From: Piromyces finnis finn
Taxonomy: Eukaryota; Fungi; Neocallimastigomycota
Reading direction: 5' to 3'
Assembly (NCBI GenBank): GCA_002104945.1
Contig: MCFH01000072.1
Span: forward strand, 62,001-126,000
DNA length: 64,000 bases
Part shown: piece by piece, positions 40,715 to 51,095 of the stretch
Position numbering within the stretch: the stretch's first letter is position 1
Layout: every line of letters starts with the position of its first letter
Notes under the pieces: generated by a model
The model's input: only the letters and a program-made list of their open reading frames with translations
Databases searched by the model: none
What the model was told of the DNA's origin: nothing
Translations under genes and position numbers: made by a program

Positions 40715-41253
40715 GATATTCAGGTAAGTTTGTATAGTATTTAATTAGAAGAGTAATACATTTTGTTGCTGTATTTTTTCTTTTATTCATGTATTCATGT
40801 AGTACTACTCTTCTTTTGTAAGAATCCAATGTAGTCAACTTTAGCATTTGCATTGTATTTTTATATTCATGTAGCTATTGTTGTATTGTTTCTTGTAAGA
40901 GACTGATTCACTCTACATCATGTAAAAATACTATTCACAAGCTTTCTGGTGTCGACATTCTTGATTCAAATTTTTTACCAATTTAAATATTTAATGAAAA
41001 GTAAAGTCAAACAATTTTAGTGTCAAAAAGCGAATCGAATTTACTAACAACAAACCAAAACTAGAATTTTTAAAGAAAATTTACAACTAGAATTCAAAAA
41101 AGAAACTTTAAACAAAGCATCGTAACAATTTTTGTTCTATCCAGTATTTTTAAGAAGAGAGAGAGAGACAGATTTTTTTCCATATACGTTATATTTGTAA
41201 TTTTTATTAGTATTTATTTTATATTCAATATTTTTTAATTAGAATTTATTATC

Positions 41254-41583
41254 ATGTCAGTCCTTTATATTAAAGATAAGAATTATATCAGACGTGGTAC
41301 CCGGTCTTATGGTATCCCCTTAGATGATATTCGCTCCTTCTTTATCCGTGGTATTCGATCATGGTCAGTAAATATGCTATGGGAAAAACTCGAGGTTATT
41401 CTAGAAGATAAATTTAATTCAGTTATTAGTGTTAAATATTTTCAGACTTTCAATGATCACTTTTTCTTAGTCAAGGTTCATGGTTCATCGAAAGATTGTA
41501 TTAAAATCTTACACATGTTAAAGAAGAAACTTTCAGTTACCTCAATTTCCTTTTCAGCTCGTAGTAGAAGGAATCACAAATAA
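41254..41583 (+). CDS. LINE ORF1, 109 aa, putative single RRM-like fold
   Basis: Beta-alpha-beta-beta-alpha-beta pattern by eye: FFIRGI / helix / ISVKYF / HFFLVKV / helix / SISF. Ends at TAA in the same frame as ORF2. Confidence 0.55.
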   Translation: MSVLYIKDKNYIRRGTRSYGIPLDDIRSFFIRGIRSWSVNMLWEKLEVILEDKFNSVISVKYFQTFNDHFFLVKVHGSSKDCIKILHMLKKKLSVTSISFSARSRRNHK

Positions 41584-44500
41584 ACTTTTTCCACTCTCAA
41601 ACGTAAAATTTTAGTTTCTAATAAACATCAACATTCTATTCAACAATCATTTCAACAATCAGTTCAACAATCTCATCAACAATCCGATCTTCAACTAGAT
41701 CTTCAACAAGATCTTCAACAAGTTTCCAATCATGAAAATATTCCAGATCTACAGCAAACACAATTTCAATCTCAACATTCAACAATTAATTCTAATAGCT
41801 CTATCAACTCTGATAACAGTTCAATAGTTGATAGTTCTTCAGTTTCACAGCCATCTAATAATAGTTCTACTTATTCCTCTGATGCATCATCCATTAATAA
41901 CGATGACTTTAATAATAGTAATAATAGCAACGATTCTTCCTCATCCTCATCCAACAAGCCTGATAACTTTTCTTTTTGTCTTAGTTGGAACACCAATGGG
42001 TGGAATCACGAAAAGAGAGATAGTATTAGCTATTTCACAGCTATTTTCAAACCATTATTTTTATGTTTCCAAGAAACTGGTAATGGTTCTGGATCGAATA
42101 CAGATTATCCTTGTCGTGTTACTTTGCGAAACTATAGACACTTTTTCAAGAAAGCTGACGAATCAGTTCCGGGAATGAGAGGTTTATATTTAGGTTTTCA
42201 CAATTCATGTCAAGCCTCACTTGAAAACTTCTCTGGAAAGTATATTATTTCTATTTATACTTTTAGTCTCTGGAATAGATTCAAATGCTCGATTGGTAAT
42301 GTTTATATGCCTCATAGTCATCACAACATCTATGTTGATCATGCAAAGTTAGAAGTTCGCTTGTGGTTACAAACTCATTCATCCCATCCATCGATTCTTG
42401 TTGGTGATTTTAATATGTCTAAAGTAAAATTATCCAACTGGTTATCAACTAATGGATTAGGAGATTGGGAAATTCTTCCGCTTAGAGGGTCTACTATCTC
42501 TTGGACTCGAGGTGATCAATCTTCCGACATTGACCATGCTCTTATCAATTCGAAGATGAAAGATCTTATTCACTCAGGATCATTTATAAATAATTTTTAT
42601 CCTGTATCAGACCATAAGCCACTTCTTATTAATGGTAAAATTATTCCTATGGAAGATTTTTCTAATGACTTTAATGTTCCTAAGAAAATTCTGAAATGGA
42701 ATAGATTAAAATGTATTGAGGAAAAGGAATCTATTCTCAGTCATAATAAATTCCAAATACTTTCAGCAAAATCCAGCGATCCTAATGTTTCTACAGATGA
42801 ACTTTCCAAAGAGTTTACTTCAACTGCTTTTTCAATTGCAGACGAGCTCAGTATTACTTCAGCAAATAATGTTATAAAGTCTTCATTTCATATTTCACAA
42901 CAAATTTTTAATCTTCAAAAAATCAAAATGAAGTTGTATAAGAGATTTAAAAAAGAAAGAATTTATGATATAGATGAATTTATTAAAAGAATTAAAATCT
43001 ACCGTAAACTCATTGATTACATCCACAAAAGATGTAATGAATTTAGGAAGCAAGAATATCTTCATTGGATTAAAACAGGATGTGAGTATATGAAGAGTCA
43101 TAATCCTAAGAAGGCCTGGAAATGGATCAAGAAAACTGCAAAAATTGGAAAAGATTCTTTCTTTATTGCTCAACCAATTAAAAATAAAAATGGAGAATTA
43201 GTTGTTGCTACGGAAGAACAACTAGATGTGTGGCATGATCATTTCGAAAATCTTGCATCAGACCCAAATGGTGTAAGTCTTGATTTGGAGCATTGGTATG
43301 AAGAACCAACGAATAAACGTTTTTCACTTCCTATGCTTGATGAGTGGGATATCAACCAAGATATTAGTATTGATGAAGTCAAGTCAGCTATCCTCACTAC
43401 TCCAAATTATAAAGCATCAGGTCCGGATGGTATTCCAATTGAATTTTACAAAGCATTAGTTCCATCAAGTAATGATTCTAATAATGCTACAGATAATAAT
43501 TCTTCTGGTAATACTACTTCAGATAATGATGCTCATGGTTTAAATTTTATTCTTAAATTATTCAACCGTATTTGGGATGGAGATTTCCCCAACTCATGGA
43601 ATGAATCCAGTATTGTTTCTATTCCTAAGAAGGGAGATTTGACAGATTGTGATAACTATCGAGGTATATCACTTATCAATAATGGTATTAAGTTGATTTC
43701 CAAAATTGTCACCACTAGAATCTCAGAATATGGTTTAAAGAATAATTTCATTAGACCTGAACAATTTGGTTTTCGAAAAAAGGAAGAAAGTATTAGTCTT
43801 TTCATTTCAATCCAAGAAATATGCCGTAGACGTCAATTAGATAATAAAGAGACATATTTGGCCTTTTTAGATCTCAGGAAAGCATACGATTCAGTCCCAA
43901 TCGGTAATATTCTCCATAAATTAGATTGTTTAGGAATCCGAGGTAAGAGTTTACAATTTATCAAAAATTTATATTTAACATCTAAGGCTAATGTCAAATT
44001 AGATGGACAATTCTCGAAATCTTTTGATGTGAAGAAAGGAGTCCGTCAAGGTTGCCCTCTTTCTCCTATTCTCTTTAATCTCTTTATTAATGATATATTT
44101 AGAGAGTGCGAAGATCTAGGAGTCAGTTTAGGTGACACTCGATGCTGTGGTGGACTTTTTGCAGATGATATAGTTATTTGTGCTCCAACAAGAGGATGCT
44201 TAAAAAAGATGCTTAGAAGAGTTAATGAATGGGCATTGTATAATGAAATGGAATTTGGTATCCAGAAATGTTCAACGATGGTGATTCGTCCTGAATCAAT
44301 AGAAAATCAGAACAAGAGAGATCCAACATTTTACTTAGCAGGACAACCCATTCCAACTACTGATTGCTATACTTATCTTGGTGTTCCATTTGATAAGAAT
44401 CTGTCCCTTAAACCAGTAATTAAAGCTCTTAATAACAAGGTTTTGAAAGGGCTTTTCTCAGTCAGTAAATTCTTAAGAAATCCTAATATTCCTATTCCCT

Positions 44501-45768
44501 TCAAAAAGCTAGTACTTAACTCACAAGTGATTAGTAGAGTTTCATACTTTGCACCATTACTTGGATCCAACAAAGCTAGGTCTAGGATTGCTCAGAAGCA
44601 TGTTAACAAAGGAATACGATGGGTTGCCGGAGTTCATAAAGCTGTATCGTTTATATCTTTATACTCTATTTCAAAAGATTTGAATATTCCTCCATTGTCA
44701 GCCAAATGTGCGTTAGCTCAGGTTAGATGTTTTAACAAATGGAAAAACTCAAATTGTATAATCTCACACCTTGTCAATTACATTCCTAAATTTAGAAAAT
44801 ACACGTGGTGCAAATCAAGTAGGACACTTGATAAAAAACTAAAGAAACATGGAGATGTTAAAGCAGTTAAAAACTTTTATTGGAAAGATCTCAAAGGGAA
44901 TTCAATCAAAGCGCAATATTATGATGATAATAAATTTATTGAAACTAAAGATTTTATTAAATTATGTTATGAGTACCCAGAGTTTGCCTATGGCTTCTAC
45001 TGGCTATTGAAAGCAAGAAGCGGATACAAGTTGGATGCTAGAGTTGCCAAAGCTGCCAAATTTGTTGATCCAGTTTGTCCTAACTACTGTCCATGTTGCA
45101 AGTGTGGAGATCAAAGTATTAAACATTGGTTATTAGATTGTCCAACATTTAGAGATATCCGTATTAAACATTATGATTCTATAGTCCATCTATTAAATTT
45201 TTTCAGTCAACGTAATTCCAATAGTCCTATCAATAATAATGAAATTGATAATATCAGTAGAGATAGTAATAACATTAATAGTAATAGTAACAATAGTAGT
45301 AATAACAATAGTAATAGTAACAATAGTAATAATAACAATAATAGAAATAATAATATTAGTAATGATAGCAATAGTGAAGATAATAATTCTAATTTAGATA
45401 GTAATTTAGTTAATGATAGTAATAGTTCTAATAATCCGGTGAATATTAATGTGTATGATTATTCTAGTGTGTGCAGTAAAATATTTAAATTCCTTCTTGG
45501 GGGAAGAAGTTTTAACAATATTAATTACAATTCAAGGGAATGGAAAGAACTTTGTAAGCGTCAGATTCAATCTGGTACTAACGAAGGAACACCATTCTTG
45601 ACGGTAACCGCGGAACTTCTAACCAAAATCATGCCTTTTGCTATTGGCCAGCAATGGACAATGTTCAAAAGGTTTGAAGCAACATCCAAGAGCGTCAATG
45701 CTGAAGAAACAGTAAGACAGGCCAGGAGGGCCAGCGCAACCAATGGAGATCATAATTTTGTTCCATGA
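41584..45768 (+). CDS. LINE ORF2: apurinic-type endonuclease + reverse transcriptase + C-terminal CCHC zinc knuckle (open frame begins right after the ORF1 stop)
   Basis: APE: SWNTNG (41983), FQET, VGDFN, IDH, SDHKP. RT: KASGPDG, YRGISL, EQFGFR, AFLDLRKAYDSV, GVRQGCPLSPILFN, LFADD, YTYLG. Knuckle: CPCC-x8-H-x4-C. No stops between 41584 and 45765 (41584-42123 checked codon by codon; the rest is the supplied ORF). Confidence 0.95.
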   Translation, partial: TFSTLKRKILVSNKHQHSIQQSFQQSVQQSHQQSDLQLDLQQDLQQVSNHENIPDLQQTQFQSQHSTINSNSSINSDNSSIVDSSSVSQPSNNSSTYSSDASSINNDDFNNSNNSNDSSSSSSNKPDNFSFCLSWNTNGWNHEKRDSISYFTAIFKPLFLCFQETGNGSGSNTDYPCRVTLRNYRHFFKKADESVPGMRGLYLGFHNSCQASLENFSGKYIISIYTFSLWNRFKCSIGNVYMPHSHHNIYVDHAKLEVRLWLQTHSSHPSILVGDFNMSKVKLSNWLSTNGLGDWEILPLRGSTISWTRGDQSSDIDHALINSKMKDLIHSGSFINNFYPVSDHKPLLINGKIIPMEDFSNDFNVPKKILKWNRLKCIEEKESILSHNKFQILSAKSSDPNVSTDELSKEFTSTAFSIADELSITSANNVIKSSFHISQQIFNLQKIKMKLYKRFKKERIYDIDEFIKRIKIYRKLIDYIHKRCNEFRKQEYLHWIKTGCEYMKSHNPKKAWKWIKKTAKIGKDSFFIAQPIKNKNGELVVATEEQLDVWHDHFENLASDPNGVSLDLEHWYEEPTNKRFSLPMLDEWDINQDISIDEVKSAILTTPNYKASGPDGIPIEFYKALVPSSNDSNNATDNNSSGNTTSDNDAHGLNFILKLFNRIWDGDFPNSWNESSIVSIPKKGDLTDCDNYRGISLINNGIKLISKIVTTRISEYGLKNNFIRPEQFGFRKKEESISLFISIQEICRRRQLDNKETYLAFLDLRKAYDSVPIGNILHKLDCLGIRGKSLQFIKNLYLTSKANVKLDGQFSKSFDVKKGVRQGCPLSPILFNLFINDIFRECEDLGVSLGDTRCCGGLFADDIVICAPTRGCLKKMLRRVNEWALYNEMEFGIQKCSTMVIRPESIENQNKRDPTFYLAGQPIPTTDCYTYLGVPFDKNLSLKPVIKALNNKVLKGLFSVSKFLRNPNIPIPFKKLVLNSQVISRVSYFAPLLGSNKARSRIAQKHVNKGIRWVAGVHKAVSFISLYSISKDLNIPPLSAKCALAQVRCFNKWKNSNCIISHLVNYIPKFRKYTWCKSSRTLDKKLKKHGDVKAVKNFYWKDLKGNSIKAQYYDDNKFIETKDFIKLCYEYPEFAYGFYWLLKARSGYKLDARVAKAAKFVDPVCPNYCPCCKCGDQSIKHWLLDCPTFRDIRIKHYDSIVHLLNFFSQRNSNSPINNNEIDNISRDSNNINSNSNNSSNNNSNSNNSNNNNNRNNNISNDSNSEDNNSNLDSNLVNDSNSSNNPVNINVYDYSSVCSKIFKFLLGGRSFNNINYNSREWKELCKRQIQSGTNEGTPFLTVTAELLTKIMPFAIGQQWTMFKRFEATSKSVNAEETVRQARRASATNGDHNFVP

Positions 45769-46003
45769 CAAAATTTTGATCTTTGGCTCGGTGTCCCATT
45801 GGAAGTCAAATACAATTATTATACTTTAGTATGATAGTGGCTTTCTTACTTTAATTAAAATTACTAGAATACATTATACCCAATTTTTATTCATTTGTGT
45901 TTATTTAAACATATTTTTTTTATTTTTATTTTATTTTAATTTTTATATTACATGTATTATAATTTTAATTAAATTAATAATAAAGTTTAAAATATTTGAT
46001 GCC

Positions 46004-46038
<35 letters not shown>

Positions 46039-46042
<4 letters not shown>

Positions 46043-46053
46043 TATTACATTCC
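46039..46053 (+). repeat. 3' target-site duplication TATATATTACATTCC
   Basis: Matches 40478-40492. Confidence 0.9.
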
Positions 46054-46210
46054 AATATTTCTACTCTGTCTAAATACTAAAACGTTAATTCTGTCGTTGT
46101 TAACTATTAAAACCTTAACTAAAACAAGAAGCCCTCTTAATAATAATTATTCCCTAGACTTACTTAATAACTAATTGATTATACAATTACATTATTCTTT
46201 TACATTACTA

Positions 46211-46940
46211 GGCCTTAAAATCATTTCAAAAATCGTAACTGATAAAATCTCAAAGTATACACATTCTCATAATTTTATCAGACCTGAGCAATTTGGTTTT
46301 CGTAATAAGGAAGAATGCATTAGCTTATTTATTTCCATTAGAGAAATCTGTCAAAGAAGAAAGTTTAAAGGAAAAGCCACTTATGTTGCTTTCCTTGACC
46401 TCAAAAAAGCGTACAACTCGGTTCCTATATTTAATATCCTTACAAAGTTATATAAATTAGGTATACATGATAAATGTATTGATTTTCTCAACAATCTTTA
46501 CTCTACCTCAAAAGCTTGTGAACGTTTCTTGGATATACTCTAATGAATTTCCTATCAACGGTGGTGTAAGACAAGGAATTTAAGGATTCCAACACTTTCA
46601 GGTATTTGTGCTGCGCAACAAGTGAAATGCTTTGCTAAATGGAGAAAATCAAACTGTATTAATAATGATCTCGTCCGATTTATTCCCTCCCATGTTCATT
46701 ACTTTTGGGCTAAAGAATCTTGTTCACTACATAAGAAACTTACGAAAATAAATATTAAAAGTACTAAAGATATTAGAGAACATTATTGGAATAATAGTAG
46801 CCTAAATAATGGAAGTAAAGCCCTCAGATATACTAACAACAAATTCTTTAATTCAAATCGCCTAATGCATATCGCACTTAATTTTAGGAACTACTTGGAT
46901 TGACCAATCCATACAGTACGAATTTCAAAGTTCATTGAAC
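46211..46940 (+). pseudogene. Degenerate, 5'-truncated and internally deleted LINE ORF2 relic of a related lineage
   Basis: GLKIISKIV..NFIRPEQFGFR..AFLDLKKAYNSVP, then frameshift/stops, GVRQG, then a jump to IPTLSGICA..KCFAKWRKSNC. The segment containing the FADD motif is missing. Confidence 0.85.
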
Positions 46941-47263
46941 TTTTATGCAACTTTAATAATTATTTTATTTTATTTTATATTTATATTTTTATATATATAT
47001 ATTTTATTATTTTTATTTATCATTTATTATGTCAATATGTATTATCACCTAATATAATGTAATATTTCAAATTAAATAAATAAATACAAGAAGTGTATTA
47101 TCCTCCTGGTCTAAAAAAAATAAATTCTTTTATATTGCATGCTCGTACATTAGCCATACATTTGTATTACATTCTTATATATAATAGAATTTAATAAAAA
47201 ATTTATAATTTTAAAAAAGTATCCATTTTTAAATTCTTAATATCTATTATAGTATAAAGAGAA

Positions 47264-50200
47264 ATGGATTTCGCAAGTTTTATGCTTGTTTTGAAGGAAA
47301 ACTATCCTAATGTTAGTTTGTCCGAAGATGAAGAAGAATACATTAGTTCATTATTTGAAGATGAAATCTCTATGGACGAATTAAAAGATGTAACAGAAGC
47401 TTTCCTTCAAAATGCTGGTATGGGTGATGATGACTGTAGTCAATTTTATACATTATTAGATAAAAAATTCAATTTAAAAGCCAATGATGTTCCAGAAGAG
47501 CCAATAAAAGTTGAACCGGTAAACTTATATTGAATAAATAAATAAAACAATAATTGATTTTTACTACCTTTTTAAATATTATTTTTAAGAAAATCCATTT
47601 TAAAATTAAAACAAATTTATTTAAATATATTCTTTTATATATATTACTATTATAAATAAATCTTTTATAATAATTTATCAATTAAATCATTATTACATAA
47701 TAATGCATTGATATATTTTAAAATAATATTATTAACAATACAATTCAACAAATAAAAAACAATATATATAAATGTATTTCTAAACATGATATGTAGGCTA
47801 CAATTGAAAAAAATCTTTCACAAATGTCACTCAATTCAGAAAAAGTTGAACCAAAAAAGACATTATTAACCTCAAGTTCACCAACCAATACTAAAAAGGG
47901 TAGAGCCGCTAAGGGTAGAAGAAGAGAAAGAAATAAAACAAAGAGTGTTGAAGACACAAAGGAAGATGATGAAGACAAGACATATGATTCACTTAAAAGT
48001 ATTAATGCATTTTCACAAGTTTCACGTTATCACACTGAAACCATTGATTCATATGCCAAAGATATTGATCTTAAAGATTTAAATATTTTAGTTGGAGATA
48101 GAGAAATTTTAACCGATGCAAATTTAAAATTAAATCAAGGTGTTCATTATGGTTTAATTGGTCAAAATGGAATTGGAAAATCAAGTAATTATAATTCTAT
48201 ATTCATTATTAATATTATTATGCAAAATTAAACAAACAAAATAAACAAACAAACAGAAAAAAAAAAAATACATAATATACTAATTAAATGAATTCACATT
48301 TTACGAAAAACTATATTATTTTTCTTATTAATTATAATTAGCATTATTAAAGGCAATTGGATATAAGTTAATTATTGGTTTCCCAGAACAAGTTCAAACT
48401 CATTATGTTGAACAATTAGAAAATGTTAATTTAGAAATGTCAGTAATTGATACCATTTTAGAAAGTGATAAAAAGGCAGAAAGAATTAAGAAAGAACACA
48501 AATTACTTCAAGAAGCAGTTGAAGGAGGAAATACTCAAAGTATTGTTAAAACAGTCTTACAAATTAAGTATGATAGACTTTGTAGTGCATTAGAAGATCA
48601 AGAAAAAGTTTTTAAAAGAAGAAGCCGTGAACGTGCTAAAGAAGCTAGAGCAAAGTATTTTGTTATTGAAGAACAAGTTAAAGAAGCTGAAAAGTAATAA
48701 ATTATATATATATATATAAATATATAAATATATAAATTATACATTATACATATATAAATTATACATATAAATTGATAAATTATTTATTATACTTATTTGT
48801 TATATTTAATAATTATTATATTTATTAATTATAATATTTATTATTATTTATATCTATTTATCATTTATATTGATTATTATTCATATTGATTATTAATTGA
48901 TTAATTGATTATTAAAATTCCTATTATATAAGAAATTTAACGAAAAAGTATTCACACGATGAAGAGCAACAACTTGTTTTAGAAGGAACCGAAATGTTAA
49001 ATGATTTATATATTGAACTAGATTTAGTAAGTTATTAAAATCCTAAAAATTTTACATGTTTATATCTATATCTATGTTTATGTCTATATATGAATTATTG
49101 AAGTTATAGTCAAAGACAAAATACTGATTTCTAATAATATTAATTTTTAATAATATTAATTATTTATAAAAAAAATATATGTTACTTAAAATATAATAAA
49201 AAAAAAAAAAAAATTTAGATTGATGCAGATGCACTTTACGCCAAGGCCTCCAAAATTTTAAGTGGTCTTGGTTTTTCAGAAGAATGGCAAAAAGGACCAA
49301 TGAAGAATTTATCAGGAGGATGGAGAATTAGAGCATCATTAGCTCAAGCTTTATTCCTTGAACCATTTATTCTTTTATTAGATGAACCTAGTAAATATCA
49401 TTTTTAAATTATCATTTGAATACTTTACTTGTTACTATGTTGTTGAATTTTTTTTTATTTATTTTTTAAAATGATAATGTTTTTTATTATAAATATTAAT
49501 ATAATACTCTATTTTTTTTTATTATAATAAAAAGCAAATCATCTTGATTTCCCAGCTATTATTTGGCTTGAAGGTTATTTAAAATCATTAACTGAAACTA
49601 CCTTAGTGATTGTTTCTCACGATCGTGCATTCCTTAATGAAGTAGTTGATGAAATTATTGTTTTAAAGAATAAAACATTAAAATATTATTCAGGAAATTA
49701 TGATATATATGAACAAGCTTATGAAGAAGATCAATTACACAAACAAAGACAAAAAGAAACCATTGAAAAGAAAAAGCAAGCTTTACAACAAAATATTCAA
49801 AAGAATTTACAAATGGCCAGAAAAAGTGGAGATGATAAAAGACTTCAACAAGTTGCTAGTAGAAAGAAGGTTTGATACTAAAGTTAAATTATAATAAATT
49901 ATAATTTCACATCAATAGTTTTGAAAATATATATATTATTTATTAATATTAAATTTATAAACAATATAAATAATTTTTACTGTTTTTTTTTTTTTTTAAA
50001 AAAATTAAAAATATTAATAATGTTTTATATTTAAATTTTTAATAAAAGAAATTAGTTGAAAGAACAGGTCTTGAAACCAATCAATATGGTTTTAAATTTA
50101 AGCTTAATCGTGATATGGTTGGATACTTTGATTCAAACCGTATTGATGTTGAATTAGATACAGCTAATGCAAAACCACATTGGGATATTCCAGAACCAGG

Positions 50201-51095
50201 TGTTTTAAGAAATAAAGATTCTATATTGAAGGTTCAAAATTTGTCTTATAAGTATGGCAATAATTTACCATGGATCTTAAGAGATATTTCCTTAAATATT
50301 GAACTTGGTAATAAAGTTGGTATTGTAAGTGTCAATCCACAACAATTGTTGTTAAGTAACATTATATATATATATATATATTTTTTTTTTTCATATTAAA
50401 ACTAAATTTATTTAGTCATCAATTTTATTAGTTGTTAAACTCGTATTAATAATATTTTTTAATATTAATGTTTATTTTGATGCAATGAATTTAATAATAA
50501 TGCATTCCGTTACCATTAATATCTTATAAATTTATAGATGGGTTCTAATGGAGAAGGTAAATCTACTTTTGTATCATTAATTTCTGGTAGATTTAATCCA
50601 GTAGACGGAACTATTCTTCATCATCCACAAGCAAAAATTGGATGTTTCGAACAACACGATGTAGAAAAATTAGTCAATACTTACAAGAATTTAAATTGTA
50701 TTCAATACCTTTCACAACTTTATCCAGAAGCCCAAAGCCAAGATTTATATAATTTAATGGGATCATTTGGTATTTCAGGATCCTTAGGACAAAATCCTAT
50801 TTATACATTATCTGGAGGACAAGTTGTAAGATTAATTATGGCATCCATCTTTTATAATAAACCACACTTTATTATTCTCGATGAACCTACTAATCACTTG
50901 GACACCGAAACGATTGAAGTCATGATTGAAAATTTAAAGAAATTTTCAGGATCTGTTATTATTGTTAGCCACGACCAATATTTTGTTGATCAAATTGCAG
51001 AAAGAGTATATTATTTAAGAAAACAAAGATTCCATAAATTAGAAGGAGGTGTTAAAGAATATATTAAAATTGTTAAAAAAGATATTAAAATGTAA
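47264..51095 (+). CDS. ABC-F family ATPase, paralogue B
   Basis: Same motif set and apparently the same exon structure as paralogue A; last exon almost identical. Confidence 0.9.

Larger units (their letters stand above)
40493..46038 (+). mobile_element. Full-length non-LTR retrotransposon (LINE): 760-nt 5' UTR, RRM-like ORF1, APE-RT-CCHC ORF2, 3' UTR, poly(A)32
   Basis: Flanked by a 15-bp TSD; AATAAA at 45979-45984; poly(A) at 46007-46038; ORF2 motifs intact. Confidence 0.95.

Noticed and set aside
40493-40723. Captured snRNA/tRNA/5S as the LINE 5' segment
   Set aside because: No U1, U2, U5 or U6 signature motifs, no cloverleaf, no recognisable A/B boxes. An Rfam search would be needed to exclude this fully.
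42124-45768. Group II intron, retron or LTR-element reverse transcriptase
   Set aside because: APE endonuclease, poly(A) tail and a long TSD, with no LTRs, protease or integrase, identify a non-LTR element.
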